Shown here in pieces: positions 9,673-17,477 of a DNA stretch of 41,394 nucleotides. The stretch's first letter is position 1. The number at the start of each line of letters is the position of its first letter. Source of the stretch: Desulfovibrionaceae bacterium (GTDB taxonomy: Bacteria; Bacteroidota; Bacteroidia; Bacteroidales; Tannerellaceae). The stretch is taken from positions 1 through 41,394 of the forward strand of contig CAVJTV010000002.1 of NCBI GenBank assembly GCA_963652435.1. The letters run 5' to 3'. The position numbers and the translations under genes were made by a program. The notes beneath the pieces were generated by a model that worked only from the letters and a program-made list of their open reading frames with translations, did no database searches and was not told where the DNA came from.

Positions 9673-10599
9673 ATGATCAACAGAATTTTAATCCGCATTA
9701 AAGTTTTACAGATAGTATACTCGTTCTATCACAACGACAACAGAGATCTCCAAGCAGCGGAAGACAAATTGCTCGAAAGCGTGCAGAAGTCGTATGACTT
9801 ATACCATTATTTTCTCCTTCTTCTTATTGAAGTCACCGAATTGCAGCTACGGATAGTTGATGCAAAAAAGAACAAACTCGTGCCGACGGAAGAAGATTTG
9901 AACCCGAACACACGTTTGACAAGCAATCGTTTCATCGCGCAGCTGGCAGAAAACAAAGCTCTCCGAAAATATGCAAAAGACAACACATTGTCGTGTACGG
10001 AGGATGAAGAATTGGTAAAGTACGTGCTGAGGATGGTCCTGGATTCGGAGTTGTATGACAAATACATGGAGAACCCTGTCGACACGTATGATGTGGACAA
10101 GGAATTTTGGCGTGTTGCGTTCAAGAATCTGATATGTAAGGACGAGGAGATTGAAAGTTTCCTGGAAGACAAATGTATCTACTGGAACGACGATATTGAT
10201 ATCGTGGAAACGTTTGTGTTGAAGACAATCAAGCAGTTCAGAGAAGAGAACGGAAGCAAGCAGAGTCTGCTGCCGATGTTCAGGGAAACAGACGACAGAG
10301 ATTTTGCCATAAAACTGTTTCGTCAGACGTTGCTGAAAGGGGAAGAATATCGCGAACGCATCAACAGACACATGGCGAACTGGGAGATGGAACGTATTGC
10401 CGACATGGATTTGATTATTATGCAGGTTGCTTTGGCAGAGATCATGACGTTCCCGTCGATACCCGTCAGCGTCACACTGAACGAATATATCGACGCAGCA
10501 AAATACTACAGCACACCCAAGAGCGGCATGTTTATCAACGGAGTGTTGGACTCCATCGTGTCCGAGTTAAAAAAAGAAAAGGTGTTGTTTAAGGACTGA
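9673..10599 (+). CDS. nusB: Transcription antitermination factor NusB (long Bacteroidetes form)
   Basis: MINRILIRIKVLQ start; C-terminal VTLNEYIDAAKYYSTPKSGMFINGVLD; -7 element at 9628-9635. Confidence 0.92.
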   Translation: MINRILIRIKVLQIVYSFYHNDNRDLQAAEDKLLESVQKSYDLYHYFLLLLIEVTELQLRIVDAKKNKLVPTEEDLNPNTRLTSNRFIAQLAENKALRKYAKDNTLSCTEDEELVKYVLRMVLDSELYDKYMENPVDTYDVDKEFWRVAFKNLICKDEEIESFLEDKCIYWNDDIDIVETFVLKTIKQFREENGSKQSLLPMFRETDDRDFAIKLFRQTLLKGEEYRERINRHMANWEMERIADMDLIIMQVALAEIMTFPSIPVSVTLNEYIDAAKYYSTPKSGMFINGVLDSIVSELKKEKVLFKD

Positions 10600-10662
10600 C
10601 GATTGTCCTTACATTTGCCACTAATCAATTCAGAATAAATTATAAACAAAAAACAATCTGTT

Positions 10663-10974
10663 ATGAGCTTAGTTAGTATTTTACTTCAGTCTGCCGGCGG
10701 TCAGTCGCAGTGGTCAGGCATCGTGATGATGGTCGTTATCGTTGCCATCTTCTATTTCTTTATGATTCGTCCTCAGCAGAAAAAGCAGAAAGAGATTCAG
10801 AGATCGCGTGACGCATTGAAGGTCGGCGACAAGGTTATCACCGCCGGAGGCATATACGGAAAAATTAAGGAGATTGGCGACACATACATGATGATAGAAA
10901 TTTCCGACGGAGTACGCATCCGCGTTGACAAGACCTCCATCTTCGCTTCATCGGAAGACGCACAACAGAAATAA
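10663..10974 (+). CDS. yajC: Preprotein translocase subunit YajC
   Basis: FYFFMIRPQQKKQK, LKVGDKVITAGGIYGKI; -7 element at 10610-10617. Confidence 0.95.
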   Translation: MSLVSILLQSAGGQSQWSGIVMMVVIVAIFYFFMIRPQQKKQKEIQRSRDALKVGDKVITAGGIYGKIKEIGDTYMMIEISDGVRIRVDKTSIFASSEDAQQK

Positions 10975-10991
10975 AAACAAAGAAGGAAGAT

Positions 10992-12005
10992 ATGCCGCAG
11001 CTTGATAATACGAGTGAACCATTCAAGTCTGCACGGACAAAGATTAATGCTTTTTTCCACAAGCCGCAGTGGAAAGAAGCATTAGTCTTTTCTTGTTTCG
11101 TGTTGCTGTCGCTGGGCTTTTGGTTGTTGCAAAGCCTTCAGCAGGAATACGAGATAGAGATAAGCGTGCCGATAAAGTATAAGAACGTCCCGAGTGATGT
11201 ATCCTTCACCGACACGCCGCCACAGGAAGTTGTTGCCAAGGTAAAGGATAAGGGAAGCGCGCTGCTGAACTATTCTCTGGGGATGTCGTTTGCGCCGATT
11301 GACGTAGACATGAAGAAGCATGCGAAAGGGAATAGCTCTCTTTCCGTTACGAAAAAAGCTATCGAAGGCGACATACAGAAACAACTGCTGGCAACCACCT
11401 CGCTCATCGACTTTGAGCCTCAGAATATCGAAGTGCACTACGGCAAGCGGGAGAAGAGGAATATTCCGGTGGTCTTCGACGGGGTTGTACAGACCGCTCC
11501 GGGGTTTCACGTATCCGGCGACATTGCCATATCGCCCGAGACTGTCGGCGTATATGCCAGCGAAGCCGTGCTCGACACCTTGAAACAGGTCAAGACGGTG
11601 TTCACCGAGATAAAGAAAGGTAGCAAGACCATCACCAAGGCGGTGCAGCTGCAGAAGGTGGGCGCGGCGGTCTACGAACCGGCAAGCGTCACCGTGACGA
11701 TTCCCATAGAAGAGTTTACCGAAAAGACATTGGAAGTACCCGTCGTCTGCACAGACCTGCCTTCGCAGTATACGCTGCGCACGTTCCCTTCCGTGGCGAA
11801 AGTGACATGCAGCATACCTCTGTCGCAGTTCAAAGACCTGTCGGAAGACGCGTTCGAGATCAGGTTCTCATTCAAGGACCTGGAGCAAAACGCATCGGGT
11901 ACCCTGCCCATCCGTCTGACGAAGAAGCCGGACTGGGTAACCTCGGCAACGATTGTCCCGGACAAGATTGAATTCATCCTGGAGCAAAACACTCACCCGC
12001 AATGA
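10992..12005 (+). CDS. YbbR/CdaR-like domain membrane-anchored protein
   Basis: One N-terminal TM helix followed by repeated beta-rich modules; lies between yajC and coaE. Confidence 0.75.
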   Translation: MPQLDNTSEPFKSARTKINAFFHKPQWKEALVFSCFVLLSLGFWLLQSLQQEYEIEISVPIKYKNVPSDVSFTDTPPQEVVAKVKDKGSALLNYSLGMSFAPIDVDMKKHAKGNSSLSVTKKAIEGDIQKQLLATTSLIDFEPQNIEVHYGKREKRNIPVVFDGVVQTAPGFHVSGDIAISPETVGVYASEAVLDTLKQVKTVFTEIKKGSKTITKAVQLQKVGAAVYEPASVTVTIPIEEFTEKTLEVPVVCTDLPSQYTLRTFPSVAKVTCSIPLSQFKDLSEDAFEIRFSFKDLEQNASGTLPIRLTKKPDWVTSATIVPDKIEFILEQNTHPQ

Positions 12006-12574
12006 TACGAATCGGAATAACCGGCGGGATAGGAAGCGGCAAATCTGTTGTCGCGACCTTGCTGCGGGTGTTTGGCGTGCCTGTCTACGTGGCTGACGAG
12101 GAGAGCAGAAGGCTAACCTACACGTCTCCGGTAATCCGTGAGAAGCTGATAGCCCTGTTCGGTGGCGACATATACGTAGGAAAGGAGCTGAATCGAACGT
12201 TGCTGGCGGGATATGTTTTCACGGATGCGCGGTTGCGCAAAGAAGTAAACGGGATTATCCATCCGGAGGTGCACCGACATTTCCTTGCATGGACGCGAGA
12301 GAGGCGGGGCGCGGTATGCGCCATCGAGTCTGCCATACTCTTCGAGTCGGGCTTCGACAAGGTTGTCGACAAGACGATGATGGTATATGCCCCTCGGGAG
12401 ATACGTATCGAGCGGGCTATGGGGCGCGACAAGGCGACGAGAGAAGACGTTGTCCGACGCATAAAGAGCCAGATGTCGGACGAAGAGAAAAGAGACCTTT
12501 CGGACTATGTCATCCTTAACGACGGAAGGCATGCCCTGCTGCCGCAGGTCGGAAAAATTCTATCCTCTTTATAA
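12002..12574 (+). CDS. coaE: Dephospho-CoA kinase
   Basis: IGITGGIGSGKS P-loop, IIHPEV, ESAILFE, RRIKSQM. Confidence 0.95.
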   Translation: MIRIGITGGIGSGKSVVATLLRVFGVPVYVADEESRRLTYTSPVIREKLIALFGGDIYVGKELNRTLLAGYVFTDARLRKEVNGIIHPEVHRHFLAWTRERRGAVCAIESAILFESGFDKVVDKTMMVYAPREIRIERAMGRDKATREDVVRRIKSQMSDEEKRDLSDYVILNDGRHALLPQVGKILSSL

Positions 12575-12641
12575 GATAACTCCTGCAGTTATGCTACTTT
12601 TGCGGCTTCGAAGTTTAACGCTATTAAGTGAATAAATGATT

Positions 12642-13076
12642 ATGTTGAAGACTGTTTTGTCTATTTCAGGAAAGCCCGGATTGTTCAAGTTGGTTTCCCG
12701 CGGGAAGAACATGCTGATTGTCGAATCGTTGGTCGACGGAAAAAGAATACCGGCATACGCAAAAGACAAGGTAATATCGCTTGGCGACATTGCCATCTAC
12801 ACAAACGAGACGGAGGTGCCCTTGCACGAGGTGCTCACCAGCGTGAAGAATAAGGAGAACGTGGCGAAGGTGACGGTGCCGGCGGATGCTGGTGAGCTGC
12901 GCACGTATTTTGCCGAGGTGTTGCCGGAGTTCGACCGCGAGAGAGTGTATCCGAGCGACATCAAGAAGCTGCTTGCATGGTATAACATCCTTATCGGAGC
13001 CGGCATAACGGATTTCACTCCGGAAGAGGTCAAAGAAGATAAAACGGAAGAAACGCCGAAGTCTGCTGAGGCTTAA
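12642..13076 (+). CDS. Conserved Bacteroidetes protein (DUF5606-like)
   Basis: LSISGKPGLFKL, VISLGDIAIYT, RVYPSDIKKLLAWYNIL; -7 element at 12595-12602. Confidence 0.8.
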   Translation: MLKTVLSISGKPGLFKLVSRGKNMLIVESLVDGKRIPAYAKDKVISLGDIAIYTNETEVPLHEVLTSVKNKENVAKVTVPADAGELRTYFAEVLPEFDRERVYPSDIKKLLAWYNILIGAGITDFTPEEVKEDKTEETPKSAEA

Positions 13077-13085
13077 AGAAAAACC

Positions 13086-13113
13086 GACCCGCCGCAGAAG
13101 TGGCGGGTTCTTT
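13086..13113 (+). terminator. Probable intrinsic terminator
   Basis: ACCCGCC...GGCGGGT stem followed by TCTTTGTTT. Confidence 0.55.
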
Positions 13114-13117
13114 GTTT

Positions 13118-13543
13118 ATGGACAGAGTCTTCAAATCGAAAATAGGATGGTGGTATCACCTGCTGATAGTCATATTGGCAGTGTTGTGTGTCGCGTCGGC
13201 GTTGCAGGATAACACGCTGCTGATTGTAGCCTCGACGGTTGCCTGCGCTTTTGCCCTGCATGTGTTTTTCAACACCTACTATGTTGTGACGGCAGACGGG
13301 AGGTTGGTGCTCCATTGCAGTTTCTTCCCCGAGAAAGAGATTGCCGTAGGTGACATAGAGGCGTTGCAGCCGTCGATCCTCCCCGCTCCGAGCTATGCCC
13401 TGTCACTCGACAGGATCATAATTTGGAAAGAGGGAAAGATGTGGATGCTGGTCTCTCCGCAAAACGAAAAGGAGTTTGTGAAGCTGCTGAAGGGTTTCAA
13501 TCCGGACATCGAGATCTTGCGGAATGAAAGTTTCCAGATGTAA
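13118..13543 (+). CDS. Small membrane protein, bacterial PH-domain-like
   Basis: VFKSKIGWW, two TM helices, then a beta-rich domain ending LVSPQNEKEFVKLL; 3' end overlaps the pbpC start. Confidence 0.6.
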   Translation: MDRVFKSKIGWWYHLLIVILAVLCVASALQDNTLLIVASTVACAFALHVFFNTYYVVTADGRLVLHCSFFPEKEIAVGDIEALQPSILPAPSYALSLDRIIIWKEGKMWMLVSPQNEKEFVKLLKGFNPDIEILRNESFQM

Positions 13544-15932
13544 GGCATGGATCATCTGTCCCCTGCTGATTCTTTTAATCCTCTGGGGTGTCATGCGCCT
13601 CATCGTCCCGAGGCATCTGTTTCCTGATTCTTACTGCACACTGCTTTATTCCTCGGAGGGCAACCTTTTGGGGGCACGCATTGCACCGGACGGGCAGTGG
13701 CGATTCCCCGAGACGGATTCCCTGCCCGAGAAGTTTGTCGTCTGCCTTACGACGTACGAAGACCGTCGGTTCTTCCGCTGCCTTACGACGTACGAAGACC
13801 GTCGGTTCTTCCGTCATCCCGGGGTCGACGTGGCTGCCGTTGCGCGTGCCGTCTGCCTCGACGTGAAGCACCGCCGCATCGTGAGCGGCGGGAGCACACT
13901 CACCATGCAGCTCTCGCGCATCGCGCGGGGCAACAGAGAGCGCAGCTTCACGGAGAAAGGCATCGAGGTCTGCTGGGCACTTTTCCTCGAGACGATATAC
14001 AGCAAGCAGGAGATACTTTGCCTTTACGCCTCGCACGCCCCGTTCGGGGGGAATGTGGTGGGTGTCGAGACAGCCGCATGGCGTTATTTCGGGCGCAGCG
14101 CGAAAGATCTCTCGTGGGCAGAGAGCGCGACGCTTGCCGTCTTGCCCAATGCCCCGGCACTTATCCATCCCGGGAGGAACCGCCGACTATTGAAAGCAAA
14201 GCGCGACAGGCTTCTTCGCTCACTGAAGGGAAGAGGCTATATCGACACGATGGAATACGAGCTCTCGTGCATGGAGCCGCTGCCCGAGGCACCGCTCAGC
14301 CTTCCCAACGATGCCCCGCACCTGCTCGAGAGGCTGGCAGCCCTTCGCCCCGGGACGCGCATCACCTCTTCGCTCAGCCAACATCTGCAAAGACAGACGC
14401 AAAAGACGGTGGACCGCTACGCCCGCGAATACGCATCGAACCATATACACAACCTTGCTGCCGTCATTGCCGACGTGGAGACGGGCGAGGTGCTGGCGTA
14501 CGCCGGCAACGCGAGCTTTCAGGCGGACGAGAGGCACGGCAACAACGTGGACATCATCACCTCACAGCGCAGCACCGGCAGCATCCTCAAGCCCTTCCTC
14601 TACGCCGCCATGCTCCACGACGGACAGATACTCCCCTCCACTCTCATCGCCGACATTCCGCTAAACATAAACGGCTTCGTGCCTCAGAACTACAACCGGA
14701 CGTGGAGCGGTGCCGTGCCTGCGAACCGTGCCATCGAGCGTTCGCTCAACGTGCCCCTCGTCCGTATGCTCTCGCAATACAACACCGGACGGTTCATGTC
14801 GCTGCTGAAGTCTCTCGGCATGACAACGCTTCGTTTCTCGGAAGACCACTACGGGGCTTCGCTCATTCTCGGCGGTGCCGAGGCGACGCTGTGGGACCTT
14901 GCGGGGATGTATGCCTCCCTCTCGCGCGTGCTCGGTCATCATCATCGCTACAACGGCAGGTACGACCCTCGGGACATTCATCCGCTGACGCCTTTTCCTT
15001 CCGAAGAAAAAGAAGAGATACGCTCCGTGGCGGATGCGCGCCTTACGGACAAGCCGCTGCTCTCGGCGGCATCCATATGGTTTGCCTTCGAGGCAATGTC
15101 TGCCCTCAACCGCCCCGAGGAGGAAGCCGACTGGGGGCAGTTCGAGAGCATGAAACGCGTGGCATGGAAGACGGGCACGAGCTACGGCGGTCGCGATGCA
15201 TGGGCAATAGGGGCGACGCCCCGCTATGTTGTCGGCGTGTGGGTGGGGAACGCCTCGGGCGAAGGGAGGGCAGGGCTGACAGGCGTAGGCAACGCCGCGC
15301 CCGTGATGTTCGACCTTTTCACTCTGCTCCCGGGGGGCGAATGGTTCGACATGCCTTACGACGAGATGGAGAAGACCGCCGTATGCCGCAAGAGCGGGCA
15401 CAGGGCTTCGCAGATATGCGCTGCCGACGCGGACAGCGTCTACATCCCACGCTCGGGCATGAGCACGCCGGTATGCCCCTACCACCGCTTGGTGCATCTC
15501 ACCCCCGACGGGCGTTTCCGCGTGAACAGCTCCTGCGAGTCGCCCGAGAGGATGGTGGTGCGCCCCTGGTTCGTGCTCCCGCCTTCCGAGGAATACTATT
15601 ACCGCAGCAGCAACATCGACTACGTTCCCCTCCCGCCCTTCAAGCCAGGGTGCGAGCAGACGAAGGCCTCCGAACAGATTGAGCTTATCTACCCCGAGCA
15701 CAACGCCACGCTCCACCTCCCCAAGGGCTTCGCGGGCAAGGCGGAAAAGTTCGTCTTCCGCGCCGCCCATGCCCGCAGCGACGCGACAATCTACTGGCAT
15801 CTCGACGCGGACTATCTCGGCGAGACGCACGGCGACCATCAGATCGCCTGCTCCGCTTCCGTGGGGAAACACCTCCTCACGCTCGTCGACGAGCGCGGCA
15901 ACCAGCGCAAAATCCTTTTCGAAGTAAAATAA
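13524..15932 (+). CDS. pbpC: Penicillin-binding protein 1C
   Basis: DGQWRFP, EDRRF, SGGSTLTMQ (transglycosylase); SILK, SLN, KTGTS (transpeptidase); C-terminal PBP1C domain. Carries a 12-aa tandem duplication. Confidence 0.93.
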   Translation: MKVSRCKAWIICPLLILLILWGVMRLIVPRHLFPDSYCTLLYSSEGNLLGARIAPDGQWRFPETDSLPEKFVVCLTTYEDRRFFRCLTTYEDRRFFRHPGVDVAAVARAVCLDVKHRRIVSGGSTLTMQLSRIARGNRERSFTEKGIEVCWALFLETIYSKQEILCLYASHAPFGGNVVGVETAAWRYFGRSAKDLSWAESATLAVLPNAPALIHPGRNRRLLKAKRDRLLRSLKGRGYIDTMEYELSCMEPLPEAPLSLPNDAPHLLERLAALRPGTRITSSLSQHLQRQTQKTVDRYAREYASNHIHNLAAVIADVETGEVLAYAGNASFQADERHGNNVDIITSQRSTGSILKPFLYAAMLHDGQILPSTLIADIPLNINGFVPQNYNRTWSGAVPANRAIERSLNVPLVRMLSQYNTGRFMSLLKSLGMTTLRFSEDHYGASLILGGAEATLWDLAGMYASLSRVLGHHHRYNGRYDPRDIHPLTPFPSEEKEEIRSVADARLTDKPLLSAASIWFAFEAMSALNRPEEEADWGQFESMKRVAWKTGTSYGGRDAWAIGATPRYVVGVWVGNASGEGRAGLTGVGNAAPVMFDLFTLLPGGEWFDMPYDEMEKTAVCRKSGHRASQICAADADSVYIPRSGMSTPVCPYHRLVHLTPDGRFRVNSSCESPERMVVRPWFVLPPSEEYYYRSSNIDYVPLPPFKPGCEQTKASEQIELIYPEHNATLHLPKGFAGKAEKFVFRAAHARSDATIYWHLDADYLGETHGDHQIACSASVGKHLLTLVDERGNQRKILFEVK

Positions 15933-15945
15933 CCCCCCGCCCCCT

Positions 15946-16029
15946 GTAAAGAAAATCGGCGAACGTGTAAAGCGTTTCCGTTCTCACGTAAAGAAAATCG
16001 GCGAACGTGTAAAGAGAATCCGTTCGCGC
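15946..16029. repeat. Array with 21-bp period, A-B-A-B' pattern
   Basis: A=GTAAAGAAAATCGGCGAACGT at 15946 and 15988; B=GTAAAGCGTTTCCGTTCTCAC at 15967; B'=GTAAAGAGAATCCGTTCGCGC at 16009. Confidence 0.9.
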
Positions 16030-16118
16030 GCCTCGTTTTGTGTCGATTTTTCCGGTGAAAAGACCCCTCGACGGGTGCGAGGAGACAAATTTCTGCGCGT
16101 TTTTATACAAAACGGTCC

Positions 16119-16277
16119 GAAAATGATAAAAAACGCACGAGAATTTAACCGCGCGGATTGCAGGAGATAATTCTGAAATGAGAATTTAACCGCACGGATT
16201 GCAGGAGATAATTCTGAAATCAGAATTTAACCACGCAAAATGCAGGAGATAATTCTGAGACGTTTTTTTATCTTTTC
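16119..16277. repeat. Three 41-bp direct repeats inside imperfect terminal inverted repeats
   Basis: AGAATTTAACCGCGCGGATTGCAGGAGATAATTCTGAAATG-type units at 16140, 16181, 16222; flanks GAAAATGATAAAAAACG and CGTTTTTTTATCTTTTC. Confidence 0.9.
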
Positions 16278-16332
16278 AAGTTGGATTTGTATAAAAAGCA
16301 TACCTTTGTGGCAATTAACACATATACGAGAT

Positions 16333-16797
16333 ATGGGAAGAAAGCCTCAATTCACAGTTGAAGATCTGTTCGTTACCCCTTTCACGAAGCAACGCCGCTA
16401 TCACGAGGACGGGACGGCGGAATACTTCGACGTTCCCGACACGCGCCTTCGCACGGGGTTGGATGTTTTCGATGAGATGATTACGCTGCTGAGAAGCGGG
16501 AAGCGTTCTGCCCGCAAACTGGTGAAAGATCTTGGCGTGGACAGAAACGACATCAACGGACTTACGCGCCTTCTCACGGGACTTACCCTTCGGGAGTTTG
16601 TTGCCAAGTGGCAGCTGCTGACAGCCGACGAGCTGCTGCGCTACACCAACATGAAGATGTCGAAGATTGCCGAGTTTTGCGGAATGGGCAGCGTCGATTT
16701 CTCGAGGAGGGTCTCGCAGGCTTATAAGCATTCGCCCATGTCGCGCCGGCGGCGGCTGAGAAAGAAGAACGACCTCGGGCGTTACAAGTTTGATTAG
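16333..16797 (+). CDS. Small AraC-type helix-turn-helix protein lacking a recognisable sensor domain
   Basis: LTGLTLREF...ADELLRYTNMKMSKIAEFCG...FSRRVSQAYKHSP resembles the AraC double HTH. ATG 16333 follows the -7 element TACCTTTG at 16301-16308. Confidence 0.7.
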   Translation: MGRKPQFTVEDLFVTPFTKQRRYHEDGTAEYFDVPDTRLRTGLDVFDEMITLLRSGKRSARKLVKDLGVDRNDINGLTRLLTGLTLREFVAKWQLLTADELLRYTNMKMSKIAEFCGMGSVDFSRRVSQAYKHSPMSRRRRLRKKNDLGRYKFD

Positions 16798-17336
16798 AGC
16801 GTGTCTTCCTCCTCGCCGCCCGGGGTGTGGAGGATGAAGGTGGTTGCGCCGATGGTCACAATCGCGCCCTCGCCGATGCGCACGCGCTCTTTGTCGCCGA
16901 TGAGTGTGCTGCGAAGGAAAGTGCCCGTCATGCTGTCGTTGTCGCGGAGGGTGTAGACGAGCCTGCCCGCTTTGTCCGCCTTTACATTGATGATGCAATG
17001 CTTGCGGCCAACGCTCGGGTCGCTGGTGATGATGGCTGCGTCCACCCCGTCGGTGTCCTTGTTTCGCCGCCCGATCACGTTGTCGCCCATCACGAGCGGC
17101 AGCTCCTGCTTGAAGCCGAACTTGTTTTCGATAACGGTGATGTATCCGCAGGAGAAGTCGGGCTCCCGCACCTCTTTCTCCGCTCCCGAGGCAGTGCGCA
17201 CCGTCCGTCTGCCGATTTTTATCTTAAACTGCGCTCCGCACTGCGGGCACACGAAAGCCAAGACCTTGCCGTCGGCATAGCGCGTCTCGTCGAACGACAG
17301 CTGATTGTCGCATTTGGGGCAGAATATCCTCTTCAT
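16794..17336 (-). CDS. Zinc-ribbon plus FHA domain protein
   Basis: CPKC...CPQC N-terminus; FHA motifs IGRR, SVGRKH, DNDSMTGTFL; -7 element on - strand at 17364-17371. Confidence 0.85.
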   Translation of the reverse strand: MKRIFCPKCDNQLSFDETRYADGKVLAFVCPQCGAQFKIKIGRRTVRTASGAEKEVREPDFSCGYITVIENKFGFKQELPLVMGDNVIGRRNKDTDGVDAAIITSDPSVGRKHCIINVKADKAGRLVYTLRDNDSMTGTFLRSTLIGDKERVRIGEGAIVTIGATTFILHTPGGEEEDTL

Positions 17337-17477
17337 GTCTTTCTCCTTTAATCTGTGAGGGCGCAAATGTACGCGATTTGAAAAAATTTCCCCCAGGCGA
17401 TTTTACTTTCATCCCCGCCGCAGGTCTTTAACATCGAAACGTACAACGAAGAATGCACCGAAAAAGAAACGACAGAG

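Noticed and set aside
13697..15872. 661-aa alternate-frame and 403-aa antisense ORFs over pbpC
   Set aside because: Low-information sequences (the 661-aa one Arg/Ala-rich), as expected from stop-codon scarcity in high-GC coding DNA.
16140..16260. Possible CRISPR array (also considered for 30435-30543)
   Set aside because: No spacer-length unique sequences between repeats and no cas genes in the window.
16240..16332. Longer N-terminus for the HTH ORF, starting at ATG 16240
   Set aside because: That ATG lies inside the third repeat, upstream of the -7 promoter box; 16333 fits better.
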